Position numbers and translations under genes: made by a program. From the human T2T-CHM13v2.0 reference genome, Homo sapiens: a DNA stretch of 64,000 bases. The notes under the pieces were generated by a model. It was not told where the DNA came from, ran no database searches, and worked only from the letters and a program-made list of their open reading frames with translations. Where the stretch lies: NCBI RefSeq assembly GCF_009914755.1, contig NC_060947.1. One strand, given 5' to 3'. Positions 26,369-42,400 of this stretch are shown piece by piece (position 1 is the first letter of the stretch; each line of letters starts with the position of its first letter).

Positions 26369-28390
26369 CTAAAGATCATCCAACCCCACTTCAGACCCAC
26401 AATAAGGATTCTTCTCCCACATTCTTTATAGCCACTGGCTATCTGCTCACCTAAAGTGCAGGGTTCACTGGCATGCAAGGTAGTGCATTCTTTCTGTGGT
26501 CAGCTGTAAGTTTTTAAAAGTATTTCCTGATGTTGAGGTAAAATCTTCCTGACTAGATCTCCAACTCATTGGTTTTGTATTTACCGTGGAAGTTCAGAAC
26601 AAGCCCACTCTTTCCCTGCTGCCAGGGCAGACCTGCACATTGTTTGAAAATTTTCAGTATATGTGCCTCTCCCCCCATCCCCAACCCAGAGTCTTCTTCA
26701 AGCAGAATAGTCGGTTTCTTCAATGTGGCCTTTGGCCTCTCCATCTTATCTGCATCTATTCATTAATTATGGTGCTACACATTAATCCCTTTATTGCAGA
26801 AGAGTCTGGGTGGTGTAAGCATAGAAAGACTATCACATATAGAGTCTAGGGTGCCCAGACTATCTCTTAAAGCCCATTTTTTTCCCCTGTCACTCTCAAG
26901 CTTTCCACCAGGGTCAACCGTGTCTGGAGAAGGCACCTTAAACGCCTCCCCAGCTTCTCTCCCACTGGCCTACTCTCTGATCGCCTTCCCCAGCTTTGGA
27001 TTCCCCCACTAGGGTCACTGACTTGCTAAGCCATCTTCTCTGCCCCCAGTCTGGCCTATGACCATGAAGACCTAATGAATGGGTTTGGGATTAAAATAAA
27101 GCTTAGTTCTACTTGGTAAAGATGAATGATGAATACGATAGCAAATTCTGATGAATATGATAGCAAAATCTGATCTTTGAGAAGGTTGAGCAGTTGACTT
27201 TGAAGTCATTACAAATGTGGGTCCTTTGAGAAGTTTTGTTACATTGTAGTGAAGTTACTGAGTACACTTTTAATATTTACAGACTATAGAGTGGATGGCT
27301 TAATATAGCAAATGTTAATTATTTTTAGTATCAGACATTATGTTTGTTGTAATCACTAGCATTCTTTTTAAAAGCAGTTTATTGAAATATGAAAGTAAAT
27401 GATGTGTGAAAAATAACATTAATACAGTCTTAGTGAATGAAGAATATATAAACTGTGCATTAGTTTTTCATCTCCTAGGCAGAATCAAGTATTACATGGG
27501 CTAGCTTTACTCATAACCACTTTCATGTACATCTGGAAAATAAATTAGTAACGTATGAAAATAAATGTAGCAGAAGTGGAAATTTAACTAGCTGAACAGC
27601 TAACAGATTTCAGTGAAGAACTGAAAGTGACATATTATGATGCTTTGCCAACTTGAAAGTTCCATGGTATATTCCAGACAAGAATGTGGCCTTAAGCCAA
27701 CTATTCAGACATTGATGTTTGTCCTGCTTTTAAAGACAATGTTTCAGTTTTGTACTCACTTTTTGTCCCTGGGAGCAGTCCCAACCGGGCGCAAGGTAGG
27801 CCCAGAGGAAATGAGGCCCAGACTCAGATGTAAAGCTTACATTCCTTAGCAGACTGGCTGCATCTACAGTCTCCAGCAAGCCCATGAGCAGAAGATGGAG
27901 AGTAGAGGCACAGGAAAGGTGCTGGTGAGAGCAATTTTGCCTCCATTTAAGCAACCATTATTCCCTTCCACAAACGCTGGCTCTCCATTTCCAACTGTGC
28001 AACTTCCCGGAGAAAGCAATTCCTTTTCATTAACACACTGAAGTCCTTCACCCCTAGTTTGAGTTCTCATGGTGTCCTCCCTGAATTAAAGTCCACCCTC
28101 CTTCTTATCCCCATATCTGTATGTGTAAGTATAAAAAGCTGATGTACTTCTTCTTGTTCTTCCTATACTAATTTCCTCTAAGTGTTCATTGTCAAAATTG
28201 ACTGTGTTGGAGTCCCACCTGAGAACACAGAAACAGATTTAGCTATAAAAATTCTTAGGATACATAATTTCAGGTCTCATTTCATTGGGTCTCAGTCAAG
28301 GTTGCCCTTATGTTTAAAACAGTTTTAATTTCATGTCTTTCTTTATATCTACTTATAAGTATTGTCAAATTTTCATATATGATTTCTATT

Positions 28391-28705
28391 TACATCCATA
28401 ATTTCTTACACTTCTGAAATTCAAAAAGTTCTGAGAACCAATATTTTTTCTAACCTTGAGACAAACTCATTTGATGATAAAACCTGACCTAAACTGTTGT
28501 AAAGATATTTATTTAAAACATTTATGTATTCCTCTTACTGTGAATGTTACTGCAACAATAGTAACAAGTTTTATTAAGGGGTGCTTATCCAGATCCCACT
28601 GAGAATATTATATATGGTATATTCAGCATAGTACTTTTTAAAATTAAAAACATCCGAATACTAAAATACATCTGTTCTCAGAAGGGCTTTAGATAGGAAA
28701 GATAT
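28391..28705. mobile_element. Tigger4/MER46-like DNA transposon remnant
   Basis: ttctgaaattcaaaaagttctga...atccgaatactaaaatacatctg resembles MER46/Zombi ends. Approximate. Confidence 0.5.
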
Positions 28706-28712
28706 ATACAAA

Positions 28713-28753
28713 ACACATACACGCACACACACACACACGCACACACACACACA
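28713..28753. repeat. (CA)n microsatellite, interrupted
   Basis: Direct observation. Confidence 0.9.
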
Positions 28754-31106
28754 CCCCAATTTTTCTACTAAATCCATGGAACTTTGATTTAGCTGAGGAA
28801 TAAGTTGATTTTGGTAAATAAATCATCCCTGCTTCATGTGTATCACCTTAATGTATTTGGTTTTGAAGGAGTAATCCCAGGGATTTTTTTGTTTCTTACA
28901 GAAGTTGCTAAAAAATTATCTAGTAAGTGGAACTCTATCCAGAAATATTCCAAAGTCAACCTAGAGTCTATTTTAGCTTAGTAATAGCAGGATGACCAGC
29001 TTCGTATTAAAAGAAATGAGTGCATAAATGTGAAATGATACTAGGAAACAGCCTTTTCTCTTGAGAATCATAAATGTGGATACAAATTAGATTTTATCCC
29101 TCAATCCACCACCCAGTATTCTCAGTGTTGCAGATGCTCTGTGTTATATTTAAAACTTCACTTGGGAGGAATTGAGGCCAAGTTAGCCTAATCTCTGGAT
29201 TAGTCTCACTTAGATTTCTGTTCTCTCAATCTTTATTTAGTAACCGAAGACAAAAACAATTGATTAGATTTAAAGAGAACTTTGCATAAATAGGGTATCA
29301 TTACTGACACTAAAGAGAGATCTACAAAGGAATGCAGGGAAATAGGAGCCCTGTTATAGGTCTCCTCCCTTTCCCCCCCACTGCTGGAGAAAGACACACA
29401 GTTCCCAGGAGATACAGTAGTCTCCTTATTTCTTGTACTTTCCCTAATCTCTTGATGTACTTGACAGAGAAATGTACTTGTAGTTCACATTTACTAAGCA
29501 GATAGCAGTTTAAAATGAGCTTTCACTATGTTAAAGAAAATGTCTACCTGGGAGATTAAAGGGCCAGTCTTTAAGGACACACGGCACAGGAAGTGGATAG
29601 GCCCTCTGCACTGAGTAGTGACTGATGAGGAGCCTGTGCTGGCTTTGAAGGGATCCTATTCCTTCCCAAGCAGCAGCTCAGTATGGCTCCAGCTCAGTGA
29701 GTGAGAGTTGTAATGTTGGAGAAGAGGCTCTAGTGAGGGCATAGGGTGGGGTCATGAACTCGTTTGGGTTCAGGCAATGAATAAAGGTCTGTGCTCCTTG
29801 AGCTGGGGGCTGGGGAATTCTTGCGGATCCTCTTTCTCACATTTGAACATGGGGCCACAGGACCAGGTGACCTCCAGGACCATACTGGGCTCTCTTGACT
29901 GAGCTGCTGCTTCAGATTTGTGGAATGCGAGGGAGAGAGCAAGTCAGGTTGCTGCTGCATGCAAGAGGCTGCGAAGGCCCAGTAGATGGCAAACAGACAA
30001 ACAGGCCCCGAGCACTCCCCTCCCCATGAGCTAAACTGATCTCCAAAGAGGGGTTAGGCTGAAGACACAGAGGGAGATTAGAACCTTCCCCCAAATTTAG
30101 AGACCCATTTCTGAGAGAAAGCAAAATTCAGTCCAAAGCAACAATGAGAAAAAGAAAGGTGATGGCATACCCCAGTGTACCAAGATGCAGCTGAGGCTGA
30201 CTTGTTATAGGACGCAGAGAGCAAACGATCGGTATGGAGGAGTATTATTTATCAATAAAGGCAGAGTAGCAAATGGTGTCACTTTCCAAATGCTTTGCTT
30301 GGTCAGCTTTACAAATTTAAAATCAATCATTACAGCTGGTTGCTCTCTTATGATCATAACTCCTTGTAAGAGTTACAAAGAGGTTATAAAAAGTATGGTG
30401 GAGGAGGCCTAGAAGTGTGTTGTCTCATTCCCTTATTCATGCACCCAACAGACAGAAATTGAGGACCAACTCTAGTCACTTTGGGGCTGAGCGCCAGGCC
30501 CTCAGCAATGAATATGCTCAGCACAGCTAGTGCCCTTTGAAGGAGCTGGGGGGCCAGGGTCCTAGGTGCTAGTCTTGGCTCTCCAACTAGCTGTGAGGCA
30601 GAGACCAGCTCCACCCCCTTTCTGAACCTCAGTTTCCTCTAATTAAAATGATAATTGAACTCACTCCTTCTTGGTAATAGAACTATATACCATATGTTTA
30701 GCTAAGATCAGAGCCCCTTGACGAACCTGTGGGGTATTGAACAAGGGGGCAACAAAAAATGAAAAACTACCTTAACTGAAAAAAATGGGACAGTTCAACA
30801 TCTAAGGCACTACATCTATATCTGCATCCAGAAGGCATGCAAACTTGGCTTAAGGTTTTTATGTTGAATGAGGGTGGCAAGGCTTTTCTGGAAGACAAGG
30901 CAGTGTGATGGAAAGCCAAGGAACTTGCATACACATAGGCCTGGTTCTCTTCAAAGCTTTCAACTTGGGCCAGTCACTGGGCCTCCTAAGCCTCACGTTT
31001 CCTATCTATAAAATGGGAACGGTAAACCCCACTCTACCTGCATTTCACAGACCACAGGCCCTTCACCTGAACTGGGCTGTTTTCCATCTTATTTGAGAGT
31101 AAATGA

Positions 31107-31403
<297 letters not shown>

Positions 31404-32029
31404 TAATTAATAATTAATTTAGCATGATAACCACTTCAGAAAAGTACCCAGATTTTTAACAGCACTTTTAAAAAGCATATATTCACATACTCCTAACATG
31501 CATACATTTTTTGCTGTGTGACTGATTTGCTGTGTGACTCACTTAGCTTCTCTTAGCATAGTAAAACTAGCATAGTAATGAATAGACTAGCAGCTTGTCT
31601 TCTGAGAGAATCAATGAAGCCAGTCAAGATCCAATTCTGGCCTTGGGGACACTAACCCTTACTCTAGATTAAAGTGATTAAAGTGTGAATTGCCACTTGG
31701 CAAGTAAGACCCAAGAAGTATGGCTTTCCTTAACGGTAAAATGATTATTTAAATGTTATATGTTCTTTATTTTAATATGCATCCTTCAAGTGTGTTTGAT
31801 AATAATTCACCAAAACATTTAACACAGCTCCATGAAATACTAAAATAATAATTTTGAAATAAAAGAATTTGCTTCACATCCTCTCTGAGTCCAGGATAGC
31901 CGCTCAATTTCCCTGAGCCTGCATTTGGTATAGCAAGTAAATTCCACCCTCAACCCCCGGCTCTTCATACACTTGTTTTTCAATAATCAGAAAAGAAAAA
32001 TAGGAGACAATAATAATATTACTGCTATT

Positions 32030-32280
32030 AATAATAGAAATACCTGTTGAACATGGACCATGCATGTGCCAGGCACTGTGCTGAGCTCTTGACTTGCATT
32101 TTCTCATATTATCCTCATGACAACCTTACAGAGTACTTATTATTATTTTTGTTTTACAAATGAGAGAATAAGGTTCTAGGAGGTTAAAAAGAACTTTCCC
32201 AAGACCTCACAGATAGACAGTAGTAGAGCCAGGACTGAAAACCCTGGTCCATGTGTATCCAGAGCTGATGTTCTCAACCT
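32030..32280 (-). mobile_element. MIR (antisense)
   Basis: catgtgccaggcactgtgctgagc...tcctcatgacaacctt...ttttacaaatgag. Confidence 0.75.
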
Positions 32281-33125
32281 GAAAGCTCCACTGCCCACAG
32301 TGGCTGCTGATACAACTTCCTCAACCCTTGCCTGCCATTGTCTTGTGCAGGTTGCTATCACAACTACTCAAGTGTTTTTAATTCTGTCACCCTCTATTGG
32401 CTGGTACCATAAGCCTCAGCTGATGGCTTTCAAAGGAAGAGCTCTTCTAATAAAACTGATGGCAGAACTCAGAGTTAGGAATCAAGGACCCGAATAGTAT
32501 GTATCATTGCCATGGTTTAGTGGATGCTAATGTCTGCATGCATGTTCCTATAAATTGGTTATTGCCCATACACCGACGAAAGCTCAGTGGTTTCTATTTT
32601 TTGGAAGTAAAATCTTTTTGTCCTTCAGTAAAAATACAAAAGGCCTGATTTGTTTGCAGGGAATGACAGCATCACATAGAAGGCACTGGCACTCTGGCAG
32701 CTGGAAAGCCTTTCCTTTTGAATTATACTTGAGGTGTGCTTACATTCCTTTCAGGATCAGAGACTATTACCTTTGCCTCCTGGTGAGAGGTTGAGTGATG
32801 ATTCCCACAAAGGATTTTGGAAACAGGTTTCCCTCATTGGCATCCCTGCCAACCCACTGGAACATCTCTCTGTGAATAATTCTTTTCTTCCTGGCCAAAC
32901 TAGAGAATATTTTCAGAGAAGGAGTCGAAATGAGCTTAAATAAGTAGACTGCAGCTGGTTTGTATCTGGCTATTTAGGTCATTTGAATATTATGGATAGT
33001 GGGTATGTGCAGGTGTGTGTGTATGAGTGTGTGTATTTGTATATGTGTGAACAGTCACTTGACATCCAAAGCTTTTAGTACTAGTCTCTGTACTCAGGGT
33101 TCTCTTGAATCCTTCCCAAGTGTAA

Positions 33126-34202
<1,077 letters not shown>

Positions 34203-35052
34203 TGAGCAGTGTCTGTTTGTTGTCTAACTTGATCTTGAGCCTCATCTTCAAGGAAGCCAATGGCAGTGCATTGCAGATTTTGGCAAAGGTGATGATGCTT
34301 TCTGTGGGAAATGCAGTATTTGACATGACCAGAGAGGAAAAACTAGGAATGATCTGTAGCCAGTGGCAAGAGTGTCCATTATGGCATATGAGGGCTTATG
34401 ATGTGTAGGAAAGAAAAATATGAAGAAAGTCTCCTTACTTAGGCAAGGCACGCAAGTGCCCTCAATGTCCAAATGCATCTTCTAGGGCTTTTTAATTTCT
34501 CTGGACAAACATTAGCATCTCCACAGTCCAGTTATACTCTAAGTCTCCTGGGTCCTACCAACCACATGTTCTTCCCAGCCTGCTGGGATCACTGATCTAT
34601 GTGGTAGGCTTGACTTGGGAAAATTTTACCTGCAGAAGGCTAGAGCTGAATTCCAAGGCTATAAAGTATACTCATAAGGTGAAATCCAGAGTGGCCCTTT
34701 TCATTTGAACTATGTCTAGAGAAATGGTTTGGTATCCAGTATGCTCATTCTGTCGTATCTCCACATCTCAGGGTACTTTTTTTAGAGTGATGTTATCTCA
34801 TGATGATATTCAGGTAATCTTATTTCTAAGGCTGCCACAGTGGCTAGAAAGGAGGTTCCAAGTCCTTTCTTCATTTATTCTGTCCCTTTCCAGGAAAGAC
34901 TTAAGATTCCTCATTGAACCGCAGCCCCCACTGTGGCCAGGCCATCCGACTGACTAGGATGATGCAAAAATGATGGCAGTCATCATTCAGCTTGACTTTA
35001 CAAGTTCCAAAACAGAGGATATTCTCTCGGAGTTGCATACCTAATGAGAGTA

Positions 35053-35291
35053 CAGTTTGAGCATCCCAAATCTAAAAATCCAAAATCCAAAATGCTCCAA
35101 ATCTGAAACTTTTTGAGCACTGACATGACACTCAGGAGAAATAAGGGTTCACTGGAGCATTTTCAGATTTTGGATTTTTGAATTCGAGATGCTCAACTGG
35201 TAAGTTTAATGCAAATATTCCAAAATTCAAAAATATTCAAAGTCTGAAACATTTCTGGTCCCAACTATTCTGGATAATGGCTACTCAGCCT
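35053..35291. mobile_element. Tigger4a/MER46A (Zombi) MITE, TcMar-Tigger
   Basis: TA|cagtttgagcatccc...aaaatccaaaatgctcc...ggataatggctactcagcct|ata, with internal inverted repeats (aatccaaaat / attttggatt). Confidence 0.85.
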
Positions 35292-35823
35292 ATATTCCAA
35301 AATAGGGACCAAGAAGTCAAAGACCTTTGCCCTACCACTGATTCTCCACATTTAGTGATGACAACAGTACAACCACAGCTGACAGTGTACCTTCAAAACA
35401 GCACATGCAAAAGTCCAAAGGTGTGCTTTGAACGTGGTTCATTTCCTTACGTGATGCTCATTGTGTAAGCAACCTTTATATGTCAGCCATGATCCCCATG
35501 CTGCTTGGACAGGATTTATGTCACATTCAAGTTACAATGTTAGTTTCTAAACTACTCATTTGTGGGGGCATTGTTGATGGGAGAAGTGTCCAAAAATTGT
35601 ATTAATAGATTCTCTTTACTTTTGTTGTGAGATTCCCATGCCACCCAGTCTTTACACAGAGGTTCAGATCACACAGTTGTACTCTCTCAAATGCCAACTT
35701 CTTTGTAGGACTCGGCTAGGCAAGGTTGATTGCTTTTCTGTCTGATCAAAGGTGCACATTTAACTCACCTACCTAATCTAGAAGTTAAAATAAAAGCAAA
35801 CTATGTATCTTGCTCATTTTTAG

Positions 35824-36015
<192 letters not shown>

Positions 36016-37603
36016 TGAGTTTGCCCTGGCCCTGTCTGATGGCTTGGTATGATTGTTCAGACTCCTAAGAAATCCTAATTGAACCTGTTTGGGGGATCTT
36101 GCCCCAGAAGACTTTAAGGTAAAAAACAGGAGTCTCTCAGTCAAGGCCTGACAGCTGTCCCTGGCCACTGGTCTAACAAGGGTGTGATAAGGGGTAGAAC
36201 ATATGCTGCCAGAATTGGGGTGACTCCATGAGCTTTTAGCAACATTTCTTTACTCTAATTCAGATTTATCACTAAAATTAGTCAAAACGAACTTTTAGCA
36301 CTCAGTGAAGGGTAAAAGGAAGTAAATAAATTAACAAGAAGCATCAAGAGAACCCCTATCACTTTAACCAGATCACCTGCTTCTACCCAACATTCAGTTC
36401 TGATGGTGATTACTCAGTTTCCCTGGAAAAGCAACTCCTTGATCTTGACAGAACGAGGCAGCTGCTTCCTCTTTGATGTCATTACTTAACATTCATATGA
36501 ATCTTGAGGACCAGTAGCTATGTCCGGAACTCCACAGAAGCCAAGGGAATGAAAAAAAAAAAAAAAGCTGTCTTTTCCTGACACAGAACTGTCCCAGGAG
36601 GAGGGCCACTCCCAGACAGCTCATCTCTCTGGCCTCCTCAAACATGTCATTCCAAGGAGCTGGCACCTGTTCTTCCTTCTCTCTGTGTGTGGAAGGTTCC
36701 AGAGTCCAGCAGGAGGCCTCCTGGCACCTCCTCACTCAAACAGCTTGAGTCTTCTTCAGAGAAGTCCTGCCTTCTGTTTCTGCCAAGCATTGTGACCAAG
36801 TTATTTCTGTCTTATAAATATCACTTAACTAACAATCATGTCAGCAACTTGAACCATTCTGTCTGAGTAATTATTGCCATAAATTCATTCAACATTAGAG
36901 ATTACTTCCATCAAAGCCAGTTTTGGAGCCTATTAGCAGCCCAGAGCAGAGAGGCAATCTGGCTAACTGCAGCTAACAATTGATTTCACAGATTACAGTT
37001 TAACATCAGGGATATGGCATCAATCTGCTACAGATAAGATGTCGGAAATAAGTTATCAGCTTACATTTGTCTGGATCTTTGTTGTTTTGAGATGAAAGGA
37101 AAGAAAAGATCAATTACCACTAGATCTGGTTTAACTAATAAGGAGATTTGGGTCCTGGGCTGCCCCCTGCCCCCAGGATCAGTAGTTATTGGTGAGGTTC
37201 ATCAGTATTCTCTGATATAAGTTTGCTCTGAAACATCCCTTCACATACATACTTGAAGTTCTCAGAACTAGAGACCCTTCCAGTGGAGCAAGCTGACCCC
37301 TTCACCTCAGGGTAGACCAGGCATGTGAGGAAGCATGCTCCCCTGATGGTAAGACGTGGTCATTCCAGAGCCCTCCTTCGTTGTTTGCAAGGAGGAAGGA
37401 CTAAAATGGCATAGCTGTGGTGGCATTGTTCCCTCAGTTTCCAGGCTTGGACCAGTTTGGGCCATCCAGCCTTGCCACAGCCTTTGGTCCCCACTGCTAC
37501 ACTCTCTAGGTGACCCAGTGGCCTGTCGCCTTCCCCATCTTATAAAAGAGAGATGACCAAGTATTACATAAAGGCCTAGTCATTTGAGTTGGTTCTTACC
37601 AAA

Positions 37604-37947
37604 TGTCACACTCAGGGTTGGGGTCCACCCCCAGCTGAGGTCTGAGGGGAGTGTGTGGATGTGGAGCAGGGAGCTTGGAGAACACTCAAGAGACAGCAGG
37701 TAAATGACACATAGCTTTATTTAGCAGCTCCTTCACTGGGTGAGTGTTACATTTATACATTACACAAACAATAGTGGCTGAGAGCCAGGTGGTGAGCTTC
37801 TCTGTGTTACGTCTTCATGGCTATGATTATATAAGACATGGGACTGTGCACTTGTGCCCCAATCCACTGAGTCATCTAGGCTGTTTACCTCAGCCTATGC
37901 CTGCTGCCCTATGCCTGCTTGGCTGCAGCACAGCCATGTTCCTTACA
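37604..37947 (-). mobile_element. LTR18A-like (HERVL18) solo LTR
   Basis: TG...CA termini, minus-strand start TGTAAGGAACATGGCTGTGCTG, perfect 5-bp TSD CCAAA (37599-603 / 37948-52), minus-strand AATAAA. Confidence 0.85.
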
Positions 37948-40047
37948 CCAAATGGTGTCTTTAATCCACTATCTTTACAATGTCTCTGCTTTTCTAGTAG
38001 GTGGGAAAGCAGTGTTTCCCTTGTAGCCTTTATCGTTCAGAAAGAGCCTCAATTAGTTTCTTACGCCCATCAAACAGATGAGTTTTCTCTGGAAAACTTT
38101 CTGGAGTTGAAGAAGAATGAAGCAATGACTGACCTCTTAGGGGTCTCCTCCTGGGAATCCTCTCCTCAAGCTTTGCACCTTTGTGCCTTATTAACCTTTC
38201 AAACAAAATGGGAGACAACATTCACTTTTCTAAATGACTATTCTAAACCTAACAAAGATTCCACACCAGACTATGACAGCTATAGTTCCCCATAGTTCAA
38301 CAGAAGGACTCTCCTGGACCTCCCCTTCTTCTTTAGAGCTGGTACCTTCAGCAGGCCCTCTGAGGAATTGAGTGCAGGTGGTGATGCTCTTCTTTTGTCT
38401 CCTGTTCTACTCTGGCCTATTGGAAGAGGTACCCAAAGACGCAAAAGCTGCTTTTCTAGTTGTAAGTCATAACAATGACTGAGTGGTCTCTAGAAAATGC
38501 TCCCTAGGTGTCTTTCACCAAGAAAGTCCTTAAAGACCCCGTGGTTCCAGATCATGACCAGGCAGATGTAAAGGGGGCCAGGTCACGGGTGCTCACTGTA
38601 CAGAATGCACTGAATCCCCGCTGGTTGCTTTAGTGGCAGACAGGCAGGCATTGCATGACTGTAGTTGCCAATGGCAAATTAACTGCCTCTCAGAAGCAGC
38701 TCTTTCCCTTGAAGCCCCCAGTTTCTCCTCAGGCAGCTCAAGTAGTGGGGGAGTATTTACAGCTAATGAACCACCATTCACCTCCTGTAGATGCCACAGC
38801 AATGCTTGACATCCACACGTATAAATTCCCAAAGGCCTGGTGCCTTTGTAATTATTACACTTAATGTGATCTGCTTGTTGTGGAGCTTCCTCATGGACAA
38901 GAATCTTAATCCATATGTTCACCATCATTTTAATCAGGCATCACTACTATTTTAAAATGGTTATACATGTCAAAGCAATTTTTCAAATCCATTGGAAAGT
39001 ATTTTTAATTAATTTTAATCAATTGAGGTAATGACAGAAACAGTTGCGTTTTTTCAGTTTCGCTACACAACAAAAAGTAACATAGGGCCACATTTATGAA
39101 ACAAAAGATGGAGAAGATGACACATATTACAATTGGCAATTTTGTGCAACACAGTGGAAGTGGGCCAAGGAGTCTGCATTGACTTCTATTTCAGGGAATC
39201 AGACCACTTGAATGCTTGTTCATCTTTGATTTGTTGCTTTGAGATATTGTAAATCTATATTTCTAGACACTGACTGAAATTGACCAAGAGGAAAACATAA
39301 ATTCTTGTTGACTTAATTTGCCATTGAAAATTGTAGTCAATAATCATGAAAAGTAAATAGCTGCACAGTGCAATATTAGTTGTCTAAGCAAAGATTAAAA
39401 TTCAAGTAATCTTCATTGATTAGTCTAAGACAGTAACTAAAATGAAAATCCATGACCCAATTACCATGTTAAGCAGCTAGCATAAGGTTTCAGTTGTTCT
39501 GTTTCATTTGAAGTCTCAGACTATTTGGTGGTGCCCATTTAATGGGCAGATAAATCAGTTTGAAAGCACGGGAGTACTTTTAAAATTGCAGATGTCTAGT
39601 GTGAATATGACAAAATAACATTTTTAAATGGAGTTTTGTAAAGTGGAGTACATCAGTACTTCAGTATAACAATTTAAGGTCAGAGGCTCATTATGCTTGG
39701 CGTTGGAGTAGAACATTCTGTATATACAATTTGCAATGTATGTCGCAATACTATTTAGTGCATTATTTATTTCTAAGTAATGCGTAAGCATAATATTTCT
39801 TAAGAAAGTATTCTTCCACTGATTCTTTATTGTGCCATTTATTGCATGATTGTGCAGTTAAGTCCTAGGGCAAAATAAGTAGGAACCATCCTGAAAAATG
39901 ATGGGATTAAAGTCCTCATTGTATTTTCCATAAAAATCTAATTAACAGCAATCTTGAAAAGTTGAAAATATCCTACTGTAGCACACTCCATTAGGCATTT
40001 ACATTTGTCATGGAGTTCTGCTGCAAAGACATGAGTTTATTCTTGGA

Positions 40048-40125
40048 TACATATGTATGCATATATCTATATTTATATAGAGAGATATCTATATCTATAA
40101 AGATATCTATATCTATGTCTATATG
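40048..40125. repeat. (TA)/(TAGA)-rich low-complexity tract
   Basis: atatatctatatttatatagagagatatctatatctata... Confidence 0.8.
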
Positions 40126-40240
40126 CATTTTTAGATATGCTCTTCACCATAGGTAGAGGGACAGCAATTAAAATATGACTTCAGCTTACAGTACTAGCAT
40201 CATGGGGAAAATCAGAATAAAGAGAGAGAAGACTTTATGA

Positions 40241-40606
<366 letters not shown>

Positions 40607-41973
40607 TGAGAGGCCTGTGTATACAAATACACAAACTTTCCATTATTTCTTTTTGTATAGTGCCTAGTATATTGTCACAAATCATTAGGGATTATAAATG
40701 ATACAGATGTTATTATGACAATGATAATGCTTAAAAGAATCTGCAAAGTCATTTCCACAAGGGCTAAAATCTACTGGGGAAACATGATAAATATATTAAT
40801 ATTTGCTCCTAGAAATATATCATCCTTCTTAGGGAAATCACTAGGCTTCTCTGATAGCAGTGAGCAACCAGTGCCTCTTCTTGGGCCATTCTTTCTATTA
40901 ATGATTTGAAATCTAGGAGACTTTGTGGCATAATTTTTGCCTTAGCCTGTGATTAAGACACTTAACTCTTGTATAGTGCTAGCACTGCAACAAATTTGCT
41001 CGATAACTCTGGGCCAATCATGAAACATCTCTGAGATAATAAAATGAGGGGATTTGACTAGATGATCTATAAAGCTTCTTCTAGCTCCAAAAACGTTTGC
41101 AATTTTGTGCTCGCAGAGTCTTCTCTATTCCATTTAGGCATGAAGTCCTGTTTATTGACTCAACAGGTGAGTGAGTGTGGAAAGATGACATTTTTATGTA
41201 ACTTACATGATCATGGCTGAATTCAGCCATTTCCAGTCAGATGTGCCAGGACTGACATAAATGCCGTGGGTGGTGGATGTAATGTTTCAGGGTTCTTGCC
41301 ACATATCTTGGCCATAGAGACAAATGACACTGTCTTGGGCTGGCCTAACTGTTTGGTCTAGGCCAATCGGGCTGTGGCAGTGGAGACACGAAGCTGGCTT
41401 ACAAGTTTTTTACGGCTCTGTTTCCTTTAAAATGTTTGGGTTGAAAAAAAATCTTTATTTTCTTCGTATCCATCATAACAATTTGTAGATGATGCATAGG
41501 TTCTCAGCACATTTATATCAGTGAGATCTAGGTGGTAATAATTATTTTGTATTCAGAAGGTCCAGGATGAAGTGTAAAAGATCCACAGAAATATAAGAAA
41601 TACATTTCACATTTGGCTTTTATCTTTAAAGTGACCCTGTTGACTATGGCAAGTGTCTGTGCATATGTGCATGCATGCACTCAGCAAACACTGAGGGCAC
41701 TGGGCTGTGGGGTGGAGGGACAGTATCGTAAATCAGAGATGGCTCCAGTGCTCAAAGAACTCTCAGTCTAAAGTGAGCAATGAGACATATGCTCAAAGGA
41801 CTAGAATATAAAATAGCTGGTGATTGGTGTCTTAGGGCAGGGATAGAGACAGGTCTCTGAATGGTCCAAGGAGGATTAAAGTACTTCTGGCTGTAGGCAT
41901 AAGGTAGTTTTCCTGGTGGAGGAGGCGTTTCCTGAGTTGATCCTTAATAGATGAGTAGGGTTTAAAAATGAAG

Positions 41974-42400
41974 GGAAGTGGATGAAGAAAATGTGGTCTA
42001 TCCACACAATGGAAAAGGAAGGAAATCCTGTCATATTATGCAACATGGATGAACCTTTAAGACATTATGCTAAGTGAAATAAGCCAGACACCAAAGGCCA
42101 AAACCATGTGATTCCGTTGACATGAGGTCCCTGGAGTAGTTAAATTCATAGAGACAGACAGTAGAATGGGGGTTGCAAGCGCCTAAGGCAAAGGGTAAAT
42201 GGGGAGACACTGTTTAATGGGTACAGAGTTTCCGTTTTGCAAGATGAAAAGAGTTCTGGGGATTCACAACAATGTGAATGTACTTAACATGACTGAACTG
42301 TACACTTAAGAATGGTTAAGATGGTACATTTTATTATATGTGTGTTTTACCACAATTATGAAAATTTCAAAATGCAATAAAAATAATAAGTTGAATAAAT
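41974..42400 (+). mobile_element. Old L1 (L1MB-like) 3' end nested within an L2 remnant (~41680-42900)
   Basis: gcaacatggatgaacctt...attatgctaagtgaaataagccagac...gggtacagagtttc...aactgtacactta...ttttaccacaat. Confidence 0.85.

Noticed and set aside
37744-38295. 183-aa plus-strand ORF
   Set aside because: Starts inside the antisense LTR and runs into unique intron, with no homology I can recognise.
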